Assembly: GCA_963834385.1 (NCBI GenBank)
Contig: CAWIBO010000003.1
Span: forward strand, 1-64,000
DNA length: 64,000 bases
Source: an uncultured Verrucomicrobiae bacterium
GTDB lineage: Bacteria > Verrucomicrobiota > Verrucomicrobiia > Chthoniobacterales > UBA10450
Direction: 5' to 3'
A program made the translations under genes and the position numbers. Below, one piece after another: positions 7,919-17,943 of this stretch; the stretch's first letter is position 1, and each line of letters begins with the position of its first letter. The notes under the pieces were generated by a model that ran no database searches, was not told the DNA's origin, and saw nothing but the letters and a program-made list of their open reading frames with translations.

Positions 7919-10412
7919 ATGATCCTTGATTCATTCCGCCAGGACGTTCGCGTCGGCTTCCGCGTCCTCTTCAAAGAAAAAGCGTTTTGCATCCTTGCCG
8001 TGACGGTGCTGGCCCTCGGCATCTGCGGCGTGACCACGCAGTTCACGGTGGTGAACGCCTTCCTGCTGCGCGGCTTTTCGTTTCCGAACCCGCACGAGCT
8101 GATGAATGTCGGCCTGCTCGATCCGCAGGCGAACCAGAACCAGAACAACGGCGGCCTCGGGTTCATCCCCACGGCGCAGGATTACGAAGACCTGCGGGAG
8201 GGTCAGAAATCGTTCGCGCTCATCGCGGGTTATCTCAACGGCTCGACCATCAACGTTACCCACGAAAACTCGCCCCAGCGTTACACCGGCGGCTACGTGA
8301 CGGAGGACTTTTTCAAGATCATCGGGGTCAACCCGATCCTGGGCCGCGACTTCACCGCGGCGGACAACCGGCAGGGCGCGGAGAAGGTGGCGCTTGCTCG
8401 GCCACGAGATCTGGCAGCGGGACTTCGGCGGCGACCCGGGCATCGTGGGGCAGGCCATCCGGATCAATGGGAAGGCGGCCACGATCATCGGGGTGATGCC
8501 GAAAGGGTTCAAGTTCCCGGTGTCGGAGCAGCTTTGGGTTCCCTATTACAATGAGTTCCCGCTAAAGCCGCGCGAGGATCCGTCCGCCAACGGCATGGCC
8601 ATCATGGGCCGGCTGAAGCCGGGCGTTTCGATTGACCAGGCGAACGCGGAGTTTATTGGCCTGGCCCGGCGCCTGGCGGAGGAATTTCCGAAGACGAACG
8701 GGCAACTGACGATGGCGAGCGTGCAGCCGCTGATCAACAACTTCGCCGGCCCGCAGTTGCGGCAGACGGTCTACGCCATGCTCGGCGCGGTCATCATCGT
8801 GCTGCTCATCGCCTGCGTGAACGTGATGAACATGCAGTTCGGGCGGGCGGCGCTGCGGGCGAAGGAACTGGCCATCCGGGGGGCGCTCGGGGCCTCGCGC
8901 TGGCGCATCGTCCGCCAGATGCTGACCGAGAGTTTTCTGGTGGCGGCGATGGGCGCGGTGGTGGGAGTGATGATGGCCTACTGGGCGGTCGAACTGTTGA
9001 GCCGTTCGCTCAAGGCGCTTCCTTTTCCTTTGCCCTACTGGGTTTCGTTTGAGATCGACGGAAGCGTGCTCCTCGTGACCGTGGGCGTGACCCTGCTGGC
9101 GACGCTGGTCTCCGGCTTTATCCCGGCCTACCTGAGCGCGCGGGCGAACCCGGCCGAAGTGATGAAGGAAGGGGGACGCGGGAACAGCAGCCGGCTGGTC
9201 AACGTCATCACCCGCGTCCTGGTGGTGGCGCAGATTGCGCTGACGGCGGCACTCCTCATCGCGGCGACCCTGCAGGTGAAGTCGGTCCGCAACCAGGTGA
9301 CCCTGGATTACGGCTATGACGAGGAGGCGGTCTACGCCGCGCGCATGGGATTAATGGAGGGCGACTATCCCGGGGACGAAGCGCGGAACCAATTTTACAT
9401 CAAGACCCTGCGTCATCTCCGGAACGATCCGCAATTTGAGAAAGCGGCCCTGAGCGGGCGGTTCCGGATGACGTTTGGCGGCTTTGGACAGTATGAGGTG
9501 GATGGTCAGACCTATGTCACCGATCGGGACCGGCCCCGGGGCAACTTCGAGTTCGTCTCCGACGGCTACTTCGACACCCTCGGACTGAAGATCCTGCAGG
9601 GGCGCGATTTCACGATTGATGACAGCGATGCGCGGCAGCCGGTCGCGATTGTAAACGCCGGGTTCGCCCGCAGATATTTCGGGAACGAAAGCCCGCTGGG
9701 GCGGCGGGTGCGTGTTTTCAATCCGGCCTCTCCCCAGCCGTGGCGGACAATCGTGGGCGTGGTGCCCGACACCCAGATGCAGGGACCATTCAACCAGCAG
9801 ACCGACAATACCGGATTCTATATTCCGATTCTGGGGACGCCGCCCGCCCCGCAGTTCTGCACCATTGTGGTGAAACCGCGGCCGGGCGTCCGCGCGGAAA
9901 CCCTGGGCCCGGTCCTGGGCCAGGCGGTGGCGCAGCTCGATTCGAACCTGCCTCTTTATTTCGGCGGGACGCCGGAGAAGCTGCACGACGAGATCCTCGG
10001 GGTGAACCGGGTGACCGCGACGCTTTTCACCATCTTTGGCATCATCGCCTTTGTTCTCTCCGCGGTCGGGCTTTACGGGGTGATGAGTTTCTCGGTGAAC
10101 CAGCGCACGCAGGAGATTGGAATTCGCATGGCGTTGGGCGCGGATTCATCCCGTATTTTCCGCATGGTCATGACCCAGGGGGCATGGCAGCTGGGGATCG
10201 GCCTGGCGATCGGGGCCAGTGGCATCGCGCTGCTGCTCCGTCTGGCGGGGGAGAATGTGCTGCAGACCTTTCTTTACGAGGTCAACGCGCACGATCCGGC
10301 GATTTACATTGCCGTCGGCGCCCTGCTGACCGCGGTGGCGGCCATTTCCTGCTTTGTCCCGGCGCGCCGGGCCACCCGGGTGAATCCGATGGTGGCGTTA
10401 CGGGCGGAGTAG
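7919..10412 (+). CDS. Duplicated MacB/FtsX-type ABC permease (ADOP family); frameshift near 8395
   Basis: [14 protein letters not shown]-terminus, [21 protein letters not shown], and a second [42 protein letters not shown]. Confidence 0.9.
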
Positions 10413-10423
10413 AACGCCCGCGC

Positions 10424-10810
10424 TTAAGCGGCGCGATTGCTTTCCTGGTGGGCGCGGGCCAACTGGGAGCGGAGCTGGGCCAGGCGAACGCGGACGGCCT
10501 GGCAACGCTGGCGCTGCGGCACGGCTTCGTTTTCCGGAAGTGACTGGACTTCGTAGGGCGGACGGGCGGGACGGAGAAACGTCTCGACCAGTTCGTTGGC
10601 GATGGAAACGCTGTCGATCGTGGCGGAGGCGGGCTGTTCTTCCGCCTCGGCGAGGAGAACGTCGCGGACCGCGACGTAGGCGTAAACCTCATGGGTGGCC
10701 GCGGTGGCGCCACCTTTCCATTCCGCCGCGTCCGGGGCGGGGGCGGTGCGCTGCGCAAAGGTTTTGCCCGAGACGACCGCGAGCCGTTGAAGACCTGCCT
10801 GCGTTTCCAT
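10424..10810 (-). CDS. Hypothetical protein
   Basis: 128-aa ORF filling the gap between two clear genes; no recognised motif. Confidence 0.45.
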   Translation of the reverse strand: METQAGLQRLAVVSGKTFAQRTAPAPDAAEWKGGATAATHEVYAYVAVRDVLLAEAEEQPASATIDSVSIANELVETFLRPARPPYEVQSLPENEAVPQRQRCQAVRVRLAQLRSQLARAHQESNRAA

Positions 10811-10843
10811 GCAGGCAGATTAAGCAGCTACCGTGCGAGGCTC

Positions 10844-12823
10844 TTACGGCAGGCGATAAACCTCGATCAGCCCGAGGCCGGTGGTGCTGTCGCGACCGCG
10901 GAGAATGGCCGTGTAATGGCCGCGCGGCAGGAGGAGACGGAGGGCGGATTCGCGGGCGTCGCCCGGGGCGAGGCCGGTCTCATTCACCGGAGCGGGATCA
11001 GGGTTCTGCCAGTCATCATTGAACCCGACCAGGCCGCCATCAGCGTTTCGGACCTCCAGGGTGGGATCGGAAAGGGTGTCAGAAAGTCCGAAGCCGGCCA
11101 GGGTCGGACCCAGGGCGCGAACCACCACCGCGGCGCGGCCGCTGCCATCGACGCCGTGGCCCTGCCCGACGATAAGGCCGCCGATGATGACTTCGTCGCC
11201 CGTGCGGGCATGTCCACGGGTGCTGATGTTGGCCAGGAGCGATGAAGTTCCCATCTCCGTGTCGTAAATCTCGAGCAGAGCAATGCCACTGGTGGCGTTC
11301 TTCCCTTTCACGATCGCGGTGTAATTGCCGGGCTCGACCTGCCGAAGAAGAGCGGCTTCCACGTCGTGCCCGGGCGCCAGACCGCTTGCCGTGATGGCCG
11401 CTTCATTGGTGCTGCGCCAGTCGTCGTTCGAAGCCAGCAGGCCGCTGGCGTTGTGCAGCTCGAGAACGGGATCCTGCAGGGGAGAAGCGACAAACGCCCC
11501 GAGTGACGGGCCGAGCGCGCGGATCATGACAACCTTGGCCGTGGGACCTGTGACAATGAAACCGCCGATGGCGACCGAATCGCCCGTTTCCACGGGGAGA
11601 CGGGTTGAGATGTTCAGGGCTTTCCCGCTATGGACGACCGAGCTGGAGTCGTGGGGCAGCGTGCCGTTGTAAAACTCGGAGAGATTGTCCTCGCCGTCAT
11701 CGTCCGGATCGCCTGCCGGGTCCGTGACGCTGTGGGTGGTTTCCCAGGCATCGGGCAAACCGTCGTTATCGGAATCGAGATTGCCGCGAATGACAAACTG
11801 ATAGGAGCCTTCGTTGGCGTCGTTATTGAGAATGGTGACGGTGGCGGTGCGTGTGCCCACCGCGGATGGATCGAAGGTGATCTGGAAGGTGGTGGAACCG
11901 TTCGCGGCCACGGGAGAACCGGGCTGGGCGGTGACCGAAAAGTCGCCGGAACCGGCGAGGGTCACCTTGGGCACTGCGGGCAGGGTCAGGGAGCCGGTGC
12001 CGGTGTTCGCGATGGTGAAGGTGCGGGTAACCTGTCCCTGCGCGATGCTGACCACGCCGAAATCCGTGCCGTCGGCGCTGCCCGGGGTGGCATCATTGTG
12101 GGGGATGGAAATGGCGTTGCCCCGCACATCGATCTCGGGGGCGAACCCGCCGGAGATGGTGAACTTGGTCCGGTGAATATTGTTGTCGTTGTTCGTTTCC
12201 AGCAGCCTGCCTTCAAAATCGACCTCCAGCTCCAGCCAGTAGGTGCCGGCGCTGACGCCGGTGATCACGATGTTCTGGTCGGGGAGGGTGTAATCGTAGA
12301 CATCGATCCAGCCGACCGAGATGCCCTGGAAAGTTTCGCAATCGCGGTATTGCGCGGTGGCCGGGGTGCCCGGCGGCGGCGGGTCGCTCTTGCGGACATC
12401 GAGCAGGCAAAAGCTGACTTTTTCGCTCGTGCCGAGCACGCCGCCGACGCCGTCATTGGCCAGGACCTCGCGCAGGCTGTAACGGGCGTAGCCCTGAAAA
12501 TGAATATGACCGTGGGTGGGATGATACTCGAAGGTGCCCACGCGATGATCGGTGTAGGTGCCGTCCGTGTTATAAACCCGCTGATCCACGTCCTGCAGAT
12601 CGCCGTGCACCGTGGCACCCCGCAGGTCGATCGGTCCGGGTCCGTTGTTCATCGACCAGGAACTGAAATAGAGGCGTCGCACGCCGTTGTTGTCGTAGGC
12701 GGTAAAGGGCGTCTTGCTTTGGATAACGAGGTCGGGCAGCAGCGGCGTCGGCGCCTGCGCCTGGGCAGGGTGCGGTGTCAGCAGACAAACCGCAGGCAGC
12801 AGGAGAAGGAAACGCCGGAACAT
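10844..12823 (-). CDS. Secreted lysyl-oxidase-like protein with Ig-like (choice-of-anchor D/ASH), Asp-rich Ca-binding and paired C-terminal NISTR domains
   Basis: Signal peptide; HPTHGHIHF copper motif, KVSFCLLD, QGISVGWIDVY; TDFG..TRTFTIANTG; DSDNDGLPDAWE; ALNISTR and LANISTR. Confidence 0.85.
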   Translation of the reverse strand: MFRRFLLLLPAVCLLTPHPAQAQAPTPLLPDLVIQSKTPFTAYDNNGVRRLYFSSWSMNNGPGPIDLRGATVHGDLQDVDQRVYNTDGTYTDHRVGTFEYHPTHGHIHFQGYARYSLREVLANDGVGGVLGTSEKVSFCLLDVRKSDPPPPGTPATAQYRDCETFQGISVGWIDVYDYTLPDQNIVITGVSAGTYWLELEVDFEGRLLETNNDNNIHRTKFTISGGFAPEIDVRGNAISIPHNDATPGSADGTDFGVVSIAQGQVTRTFTIANTGTGSLTLPAVPKVTLAGSGDFSVTAQPGSPVAANGSTTFQITFDPSAVGTRTATVTILNNDANEGSYQFVIRGNLDSDNDGLPDAWETTHSVTDPAGDPDDDGEDNLSEFYNGTLPHDSSSVVHSGKALNISTRLPVETGDSVAIGGFIVTGPTAKVVMIRALGPSLGAFVASPLQDPVLELHNASGLLASNDDWRSTNEAAITASGLAPGHDVEAALLRQVEPGNYTAIVKGKNATSGIALLEIYDTEMGTSSLLANISTRGHARTGDEVIIGGLIVGQGHGVDGSGRAAVVVRALGPTLAGFGLSDTLSDPTLEVRNADGGLVGFNDDWQNPDPAPVNETGLAPGDARESALRLLLPRGHYTAILRGRDSTTGLGLIEVYRLP

Positions 12824-12925
12824 GGGGGGTCTCTCGTTCTACCGTAAGAGGGGACCCCGGTCAAAGTATCCCCGGCCGCCGCGCCCCTGGCGCAACCGGG
12901 CCGCGTGGACGACCGTAAAGAAGGA

Positions 12926-13123
12926 ATGAAGCCGAATATTGGACCGGGAGGACGTCTCCTGCGCGCCGGCCTGGGCCTGGTTTGCCTGATCGGCGCCGCG
13001 TTCCTTTTCACCGAAAGCCGGTGGCTGGGCGTGGCGCTCCTGCTGGCGGGACTGTTTTGTCTTTTCGAGGCGCTCCGCGGCTGGTGTGCCCTGCGCGCCT
13101 GCGGCATGAAGACGCCGCTCTAG
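12926..13123 (+). CDS. DUF2892/YgaP-like small membrane protein
   Basis: MKPNIG..R..R, two transmembrane segments, GWC motif. Confidence 0.75.
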   Translation: MKPNIGPGGRLLRAGLGLVCLIGAAFLFTESRWLGVALLLAGLFCLFEALRGWCALRACGMKTPL

Positions 13124-14085
13124 TTCTTTGTTTCCCCGCCGTGCTTCAGCAGCCCGGTGTAGGTGATGCGGACGAACTGCTCCGATTTCAGGAAGCCACC
13201 GCCGAGGCGCGCATCGAACTCGCTGGTGGGCGCAGCCTTGACCACTTCGTCCGCGGTCCGGCCCTCTTCGCGGAATTTGCCGAGGCGTTCCGCCATCGTC
13301 TCGAGGAACTCGAGGTATTTTTGCAGGTCCGCTTTCGTGGCGAGCGGGCCGTGGCCGGGCACAATCCGGGTTTTGGCCCCGGCCATCCCGTCGATCTGGC
13401 GGAGGGCGGCGATCATTCCTCCGATCCAGCCGCCGCTGGAGTAATCAATGAAGGGATAGGTGCCGTTGAAGAAAAGATCGCCGGCGTGCAGGAGATCGGC
13501 GCCCGGAAAATGGACGAAAAGATCACCGTCGGTGTGAGCGGGGGGAACCGGCACAAGGCGAACTGTTTCCCCGTTGGTGTGAAGCATGGTCTCGCCGGTG
13601 ATGGCGAGCGCGGGCCGGCCGGCCGGGGCCAGGGCCGGGACCTTTTTGTCGAGGGATTCCATGAACTGGTCGGTGGCGAGGCGTTTGCGGCAATTCTCGG
13701 TGGAAAGGAGGCGCGCGCCGGCCGCGGCCAGGGCGGCGTTGGCCCCGGTATGATCGAAGTGCCAGTGCGTGTTGACCACGGTGGAAGGGGAGCCGGCCTT
13801 TTGGGCTGCGCCCGTGGTTTTGCTGGCGGCATCGGGGATGCCGCTGTCGATCACGAGCACGCCATCCTTGCCGGAGAAAAGGAGAATGTTGCCGCCGAAC
13901 CCCGTGAGCAGCCCGAGATTGGGACCGAGAGAAGTGACATTGCCGGGGGCGGGAGAGGGACTGGCGGCCTGGAGAGACCGCGGGAGGAAAGCGGGGAAGG
14001 CGGCGGCGCCGAGCGTGAGCGCGACCGTGCGAAGGGCGGCGCGCCGCGAGAGGACGATCGGATGAGAGATGGGCGAGGCGTTCAT
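13120..14085 (-). CDS. Tat-exported metallo-beta-lactamase-fold hydrolase (cyclase-like)
   Basis: LSRRAALR twin-arginine signal; NTHWHFDHTG, AHTDGD, HAGDL and PGHG motifs. Confidence 0.88.
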   Translation of the reverse strand: MNASPISHPIVLSRRAALRTVALTLGAAAFPAFLPRSLQAASPSPAPGNVTSLGPNLGLLTGFGGNILLFSGKDGVLVIDSGIPDAASKTTGAAQKAGSPSTVVNTHWHFDHTGANAALAAAGARLLSTENCRKRLATDQFMESLDKKVPALAPAGRPALAITGETMLHTNGETVRLVPVPPAHTDGDLFVHFPGADLLHAGDLFFNGTYPFIDYSSGGWIGGMIAALRQIDGMAGAKTRIVPGHGPLATKADLQKYLEFLETMAERLGKFREEGRTADEVVKAAPTSEFDARLGGGFLKSEQFVRITYTGLLKHGGETKN

Positions 14086-14123
14086 GCCGGCAATCTTGGC
14101 CTTCGCCCCGGTCCTCGCGCCAG

Positions 14124-14742
14124 CTATTTTGCGTTCGACCTTGGACGACGAGCGCAGTTGACCAGCAGAAGCTTCGAGCGCTTCCTGCAGGGTGGCGCCG
14201 AAACTGATCAGGCCGCCTTCGTGCCCGGCCATGGCAAAGAGCCCGGTGGTGGTGACACGGGTGGAGTGCAGGAGGCGCTGGACCTCGGCCGCCATGGCGG
14301 GCGTGCCGTATTCGATGCCGGCGTCCGTGGCCGGGACGCGGTCGAGCAGCAGGGTCCAAAGCTTGAGAGCGTGGCCGTGGATGATCGCGCCGACGCGCGG
14401 GGCGGCCTCATAAATGGCGGCGTGGGTGAGCGATTCGGAGGAAGCGACCGCTTCGCCCTCACAGCGAAGCCAGTTGCGCCCGAAATCGCAGGCGGTGACC
14501 CGCGCGCAATCCGCCGGGGAGAACCGTTCCTTTCCGCCGGTGCCCGAGCCGGTGATGATGAAACCGTGCGGGTGCTGGCGCAGGCTGATGTTGCCAAAGG
14601 CGATCCCGGAAGGATCGAGCCCGACCAGGCCGAGCTCGCGCAGGCGCGCGCGACAATCGCGCAGCGCGGCATAGCCGGGAAAACGCGCCAACGGTTTGCG
14701 CTGATGCTCGCAGGTGAACTTGATGACGCCGGTCTCGCTCAT
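14124..14742 (-). CDS. Class II aldolase/adducin family protein (MtnB/Ald2-like); probable 1-nt insertion near 14175
   Basis: FGNIS.R, FIITGSG, SSESLTH..IY, IIHGH, YGTP and GHEGG motifs; start overlaps the mtnA stop (ATGA). Removing one base gives ...ALELLLVNCARRPRSNAK* ending at 14124. Confidence 0.8.
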
Positions 14743-15833
14743 GGCGTCTGCTCCGGGAAAAGTTCGCGGATGCCCTCTTCGCTGGCCGGGCAGACACCGC
14801 GTTCCGTGATCAGGCCGGTGACGAGACGCCGCGGAGTGATGTCGAAACCGAAATTGGCCGCGGGAGTGTTCTCCGGTGCGACCGAGACGGAGACCGGCGC
14901 GCCGCCGGACCAACCCTCGACCATTTTTACCTCGTCGGCGCCGCGTTCCTCGATGGGAATCTTGGCGCCGTCGCGCTGGTGCCAGTCGAACGAGGTGGAG
15001 GGAAGCGCGACATAGAAGGGAATGTCATTGTCCCGGGCGGCCAGTGCCTTCAAATACGTTCCGATCTTGTTCGCGACGTCGCCGGTAAAGGTGGTGCGAT
15101 CCGTCCCGACAATGACGAGATCAACGTCACCGCGCTGCATCAAATGGCCGCCGGTGTTGTCGGCGATAAGAGTGTGCGGCACCCCGTGTTCCCCCAGCTC
15201 CCACGCGGTCAGTTTCGAGCCCTGGTTGCGCGGCCGCGTTTCGTCGACCCAGACGTGCACGGGCAGGCCTTCGTCGTGCGCGGCGTAGATCGGCGCCGTG
15301 GCGGAACCGTAATCGACAAAGGCGAGCCAGCCCGCGTTGCAGTGCGTCAGGACATTGACCGGTCGCCCTTTCTTCTCGCGGCTGAGGTGGCGCAGGAGGT
15401 CCACCCCGTGCTCGCCGATGCGGCGGCAGAAGGCTGCATCCTCATCGGTGATCATCCGGGCGGTCTCCCGCGCAAGGTGCATGCGGTCGGCTGCGGACTT
15501 TCCCGCGGAAATTTCGCGGAGCTGACGCTGGACCGCGGCGGCCAGGTTGACCGCGGTGGGCCGGGTGGCGCAGAGACGCTCGGCGGCGGCCTGGAGCCCC
15601 GCGGCGGAAGAATCCTGGCGGGCGGCGAGGGCCATGCCCCAGGCGGCCGCGGCCCCGATCAGCCCCGCGCCCCGCACATGCATTTCGCGGATGGCCCGGG
15701 CCATCTCCTCGACCGAGGCGATATCCTCGATGATGAACTGGTGCGGCAGGGCTCGCTGATCGATCAGTTGCACCACTCCTTCCTTCGCCGGGTGCGGCCA
15801 GATCGTTCGATAATGCCGGCCCTGCACTTTCAT
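14739..15833 (-). CDS. mtnA: S-methyl-5-thioribose-1-phosphate isomerase
   Basis: IDQRALP, VRGAGLIG, RPTAVNL, LTHCNAGWLA, DETRPRNQG and ANKIGTY motifs. Confidence 0.95.
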   Translation of the reverse strand: MKVQGRHYRTIWPHPAKEGVVQLIDQRALPHQFIIEDIASVEEMARAIREMHVRGAGLIGAAAAWGMALAARQDSSAAGLQAAAERLCATRPTAVNLAAAVQRQLREISAGKSAADRMHLARETARMITDEDAAFCRRIGEHGVDLLRHLSREKKGRPVNVLTHCNAGWLAFVDYGSATAPIYAAHDEGLPVHVWVDETRPRNQGSKLTAWELGEHGVPHTLIADNTGGHLMQRGDVDLVIVGTDRTTFTGDVANKIGTYLKALAARDNDIPFYVALPSTSFDWHQRDGAKIPIEERGADEVKMVEGWSGGAPVSVSVAPENTPAANFGFDITPRRLVTGLITERGVCPASEEGIRELFPEQTP

Positions 15834-15835
15834 GG

Positions 15836-16336
15836 TCAGACGAAGAGTTTGCTGGGCTCCTCGAACCCGGGAAGCTGAACCATGCGCTCAAAGCGCAGAC
15901 CCAGCTTTTCGATCAACCGGATCGAGCGCTCGTTCAAGGGCGAGGTGGCCGCGACCACGCGCGCGAGCCGCAGATCGTTCAGCGCGTGATCCCTGACGGC
16001 GCGCGCGGCCTCGAACGCGTAACCTTTGCCCCAGTATTTTTCGAGGAGCGACCAGCCGATCTCCACATCGTCCATCGTTTCCCGCTTGATCAGGCCGCAC
16101 ATCCCGACGGGATCGCCCGAGGCCCGTTCTGAGACGAGGTAAAACCCGAATCCATGCTCCTGGTAGCTCGGCCGGATTTTTTCCCGGATGTAATTCTCCG
16201 CGTCCGCCAGGGTGCGCACGCGCCGGTCGGCCACGAATCGAATAAAGGAAGGCTCGTTCAAGGCGGTGAGAATGTAGCGCGCGTCGCCTGTTTCCAGGCG
16301 GCGCAGGTGCAGGCGCTCGGTCTCAAGCACCGTCAT
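15836..16336 (-). CDS. GNAT N-acetyltransferase (RimJ/RimL family)
   Basis: LETERLHLR, EIGW, WGKGYAFEAA and N.RS.RLIEKLG motifs. Confidence 0.88.
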   Translation of the reverse strand: MTVLETERLHLRRLETGDARYILTALNEPSFIRFVADRRVRTLADAENYIREKIRPSYQEHGFGFYLVSERASGDPVGMCGLIKRETMDDVEIGWSLLEKYWGKGYAFEAARAVRDHALNDLRLARVVAATSPLNERSIRLIEKLGLRFERMVQLPGFEEPSKLFV

Positions 16337-16470
16337 GGGAAGAACATTTTGCAAAGATGCGCCGGAGCGCGCGTGGGAAGGAGAGCCTGCATGCAGCAAG
16401 GCTAACGATGGGAAAATGCCCTGCCAAGCGCGGGCTCGATCCGGCGGCGGCCGCCGGCTAAACTGCTGCG

Positions 16471-17079
16471 ATCGATCCGATCTTTCTTTTCGCGCCGGGA
16501 GCGGGCGCGCCCTCGTCTCATCCGTGGATGCAGGCCTGGCGCGACCGGCTGGCGTTGCTCGCCCCCGTGACAACCTTTGATTACGACTACATGCGTGAGG
16601 AGCGAAGACGCCCGGATCGTTTGCCGCAATTGGTGGCGGCGCACCGGGCTGCGCTGCAGAAGGCGCGTTCCCGCCGTGACCAGCCTGTTTTCCTCGCGGG
16701 GAAAAGCATGGGCGGACGGGTGGGCTGCCATCTTTCCCTGGAGGAACCGGTCACCGGCCTGATTTGCTTTGGTTATCCGCTCTGCGGCATGGGTGACCGG
16801 GCCCGGATGCGGGACGAGGTCCTGCGCGCGCTGCGGACGCCGATTCTTTTCCTGCAGGGCACGCGGGACCGGCTCTGTCCGCTCGACCTGCTGGAGGAGG
16901 TGCGACGGAAGATGGCCGCGCCCAATTTCCTTCATGTTGTGGAGGGAGGCGACCATTCGCTGATGGTTTCGCGCCGTCTGCTGGCGGCGCAGGGCAGGAC
17001 GGAGGAGGACCTCGCGCGAGAAATGATGGCGGCCATCACGCGCTTCCTGGAGGAAGCCGGGAAGTTGAAACCGGTTTAG
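16471..17079 (+). CDS. Alpha/beta hydrolase (KANL3/Tex30-like); start uncertain
   Basis: The frame opens at ~16462 with LFAPGAGAPSSHPWM; also GKSMGGR nucleophile elbow, GYPL, QGTRD and GGDHS. Confidence 0.82.
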   Translation: MDPIFLFAPGAGAPSSHPWMQAWRDRLALLAPVTTFDYDYMREERRRPDRLPQLVAAHRAALQKARSRRDQPVFLAGKSMGGRVGCHLSLEEPVTGLICFGYPLCGMGDRARMRDEVLRALRTPILFLQGTRDRLCPLDLLEEVRRKMAAPNFLHVVEGGDHSLMVSRRLLAAQGRTEEDLAREMMAAITRFLEEAGKLKPV

Positions 17080-17408
17080 CCGAGCGGGTTGCGCACCACG
17101 ATCCACTTCTTCACCGGGCGATCCTGCAAGAGATGTTCCTGCAGGATGCGCTCAAAGCGTTTGGGCGTGACTTTGTTGTACCAGATTCCGTCGGGGTAAA
17201 TGACGAGCCAGGGTCCGGCGTCGCAGATGCGGAAGCAAAGCGCCTTGGTGCGCATCACCTCGAGGTCGAGCTCGCGGGTGCGGTGCTTGATGTAATCCCA
17301 GACTTCCTCGCCCGCGGCCGGTTTGCAGCAATCCGGACCGAGACAGAGGAAGAGATGGCGTTTGGCGGTGCGCACCCGCGCCTTGGCCAGGCCTTTCTCA
17401 AGTCCCAT
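17076..17408 (-). CDS. Thioredoxin-like [2Fe-2S] ferredoxin
   Basis: HLFLC..CC and CFRICDAGPWLVIYPDGIWY motifs. Confidence 0.88.
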   Translation of the reverse strand: MGLEKGLAKARVRTAKRHLFLCLGPDCCKPAAGEEVWDYIKHRTRELDLEVMRTKALCFRICDAGPWLVIYPDGIWYNKVTPKRFERILQEHLLQDRPVKKWIVVRNPLG

Positions 17409-17471
17409 GGCCGCGAGAGGTGTGCGTCCAGCCTTCGGGAGGCGAAGCGTTGCCGCAGGAGCCGTATGCTC

Positions 17472-17801
17472 TCAGCTGAGATTCCCTTCGTTGAATAACT
17501 GCAGCCAGGCGAGGGCTCCGGCGCCGCAGATGAGGTTCAGCAGGGGTATTAGCGCGACCCAGCAGGCCGCACGCACACGTTTGCGTGTGTAAAGAATCCA
17601 GGCGGTGGCAATGGCGACCACGCAGACCACAGGGAAGGTAAAGGCACTCCAGAAAAGAAGGATGGTGCCGGGGTTCGAGGTTGAGCCGGGCGCGTCGAAA
17701 AGCATGGGAGCCATCAGGGCCGGCATGAGGCCGAGCACGGCGCCCGAGCCGAAAAGGACGGTGGCGATGAGCAGGAAAGTCGTGGCGCGCGAGGCAGGCA
17801 C
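17472..17801 (-). CDS. Small membrane protein (3 TM), unknown function
   Basis: Three hydrophobic segments; MLFDAPGS loop. Confidence 0.6.
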   Translation of the reverse strand: MPASRATTFLLIATVLFGSGAVLGLMPALMAPMLFDAPGSTSNPGTILLFWSAFTFPVVCVVAIATAWILYTRKRVRAACWVALIPLLNLICGAGALAWLQLFNEGNLS

Positions 17802-17943
17802 AGCGAGGGAGTGGCCTGCAGATTAAGGGAGAAAGGTCCGCCGGGGAAAGCGTCAATTTGTTTGGCGCCGACCAAACTAAAACCACGGGCCTCTGGTTTC
17901 GCGACAACGACGGCTATCGCTGGGAATTGAGCGTGCAGGGATC

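Noticed and set aside
13120..14913. Apparent 597-aa fusion of a class II aldolase and an MBL hydrolase
   Set aside because: The MBL half has its own Met and Tat signal at 14085, and deleting one base near 14175 gives the aldolase a natural end at 14124. Given the other indels in the window, this is probably a sequencing artefact.
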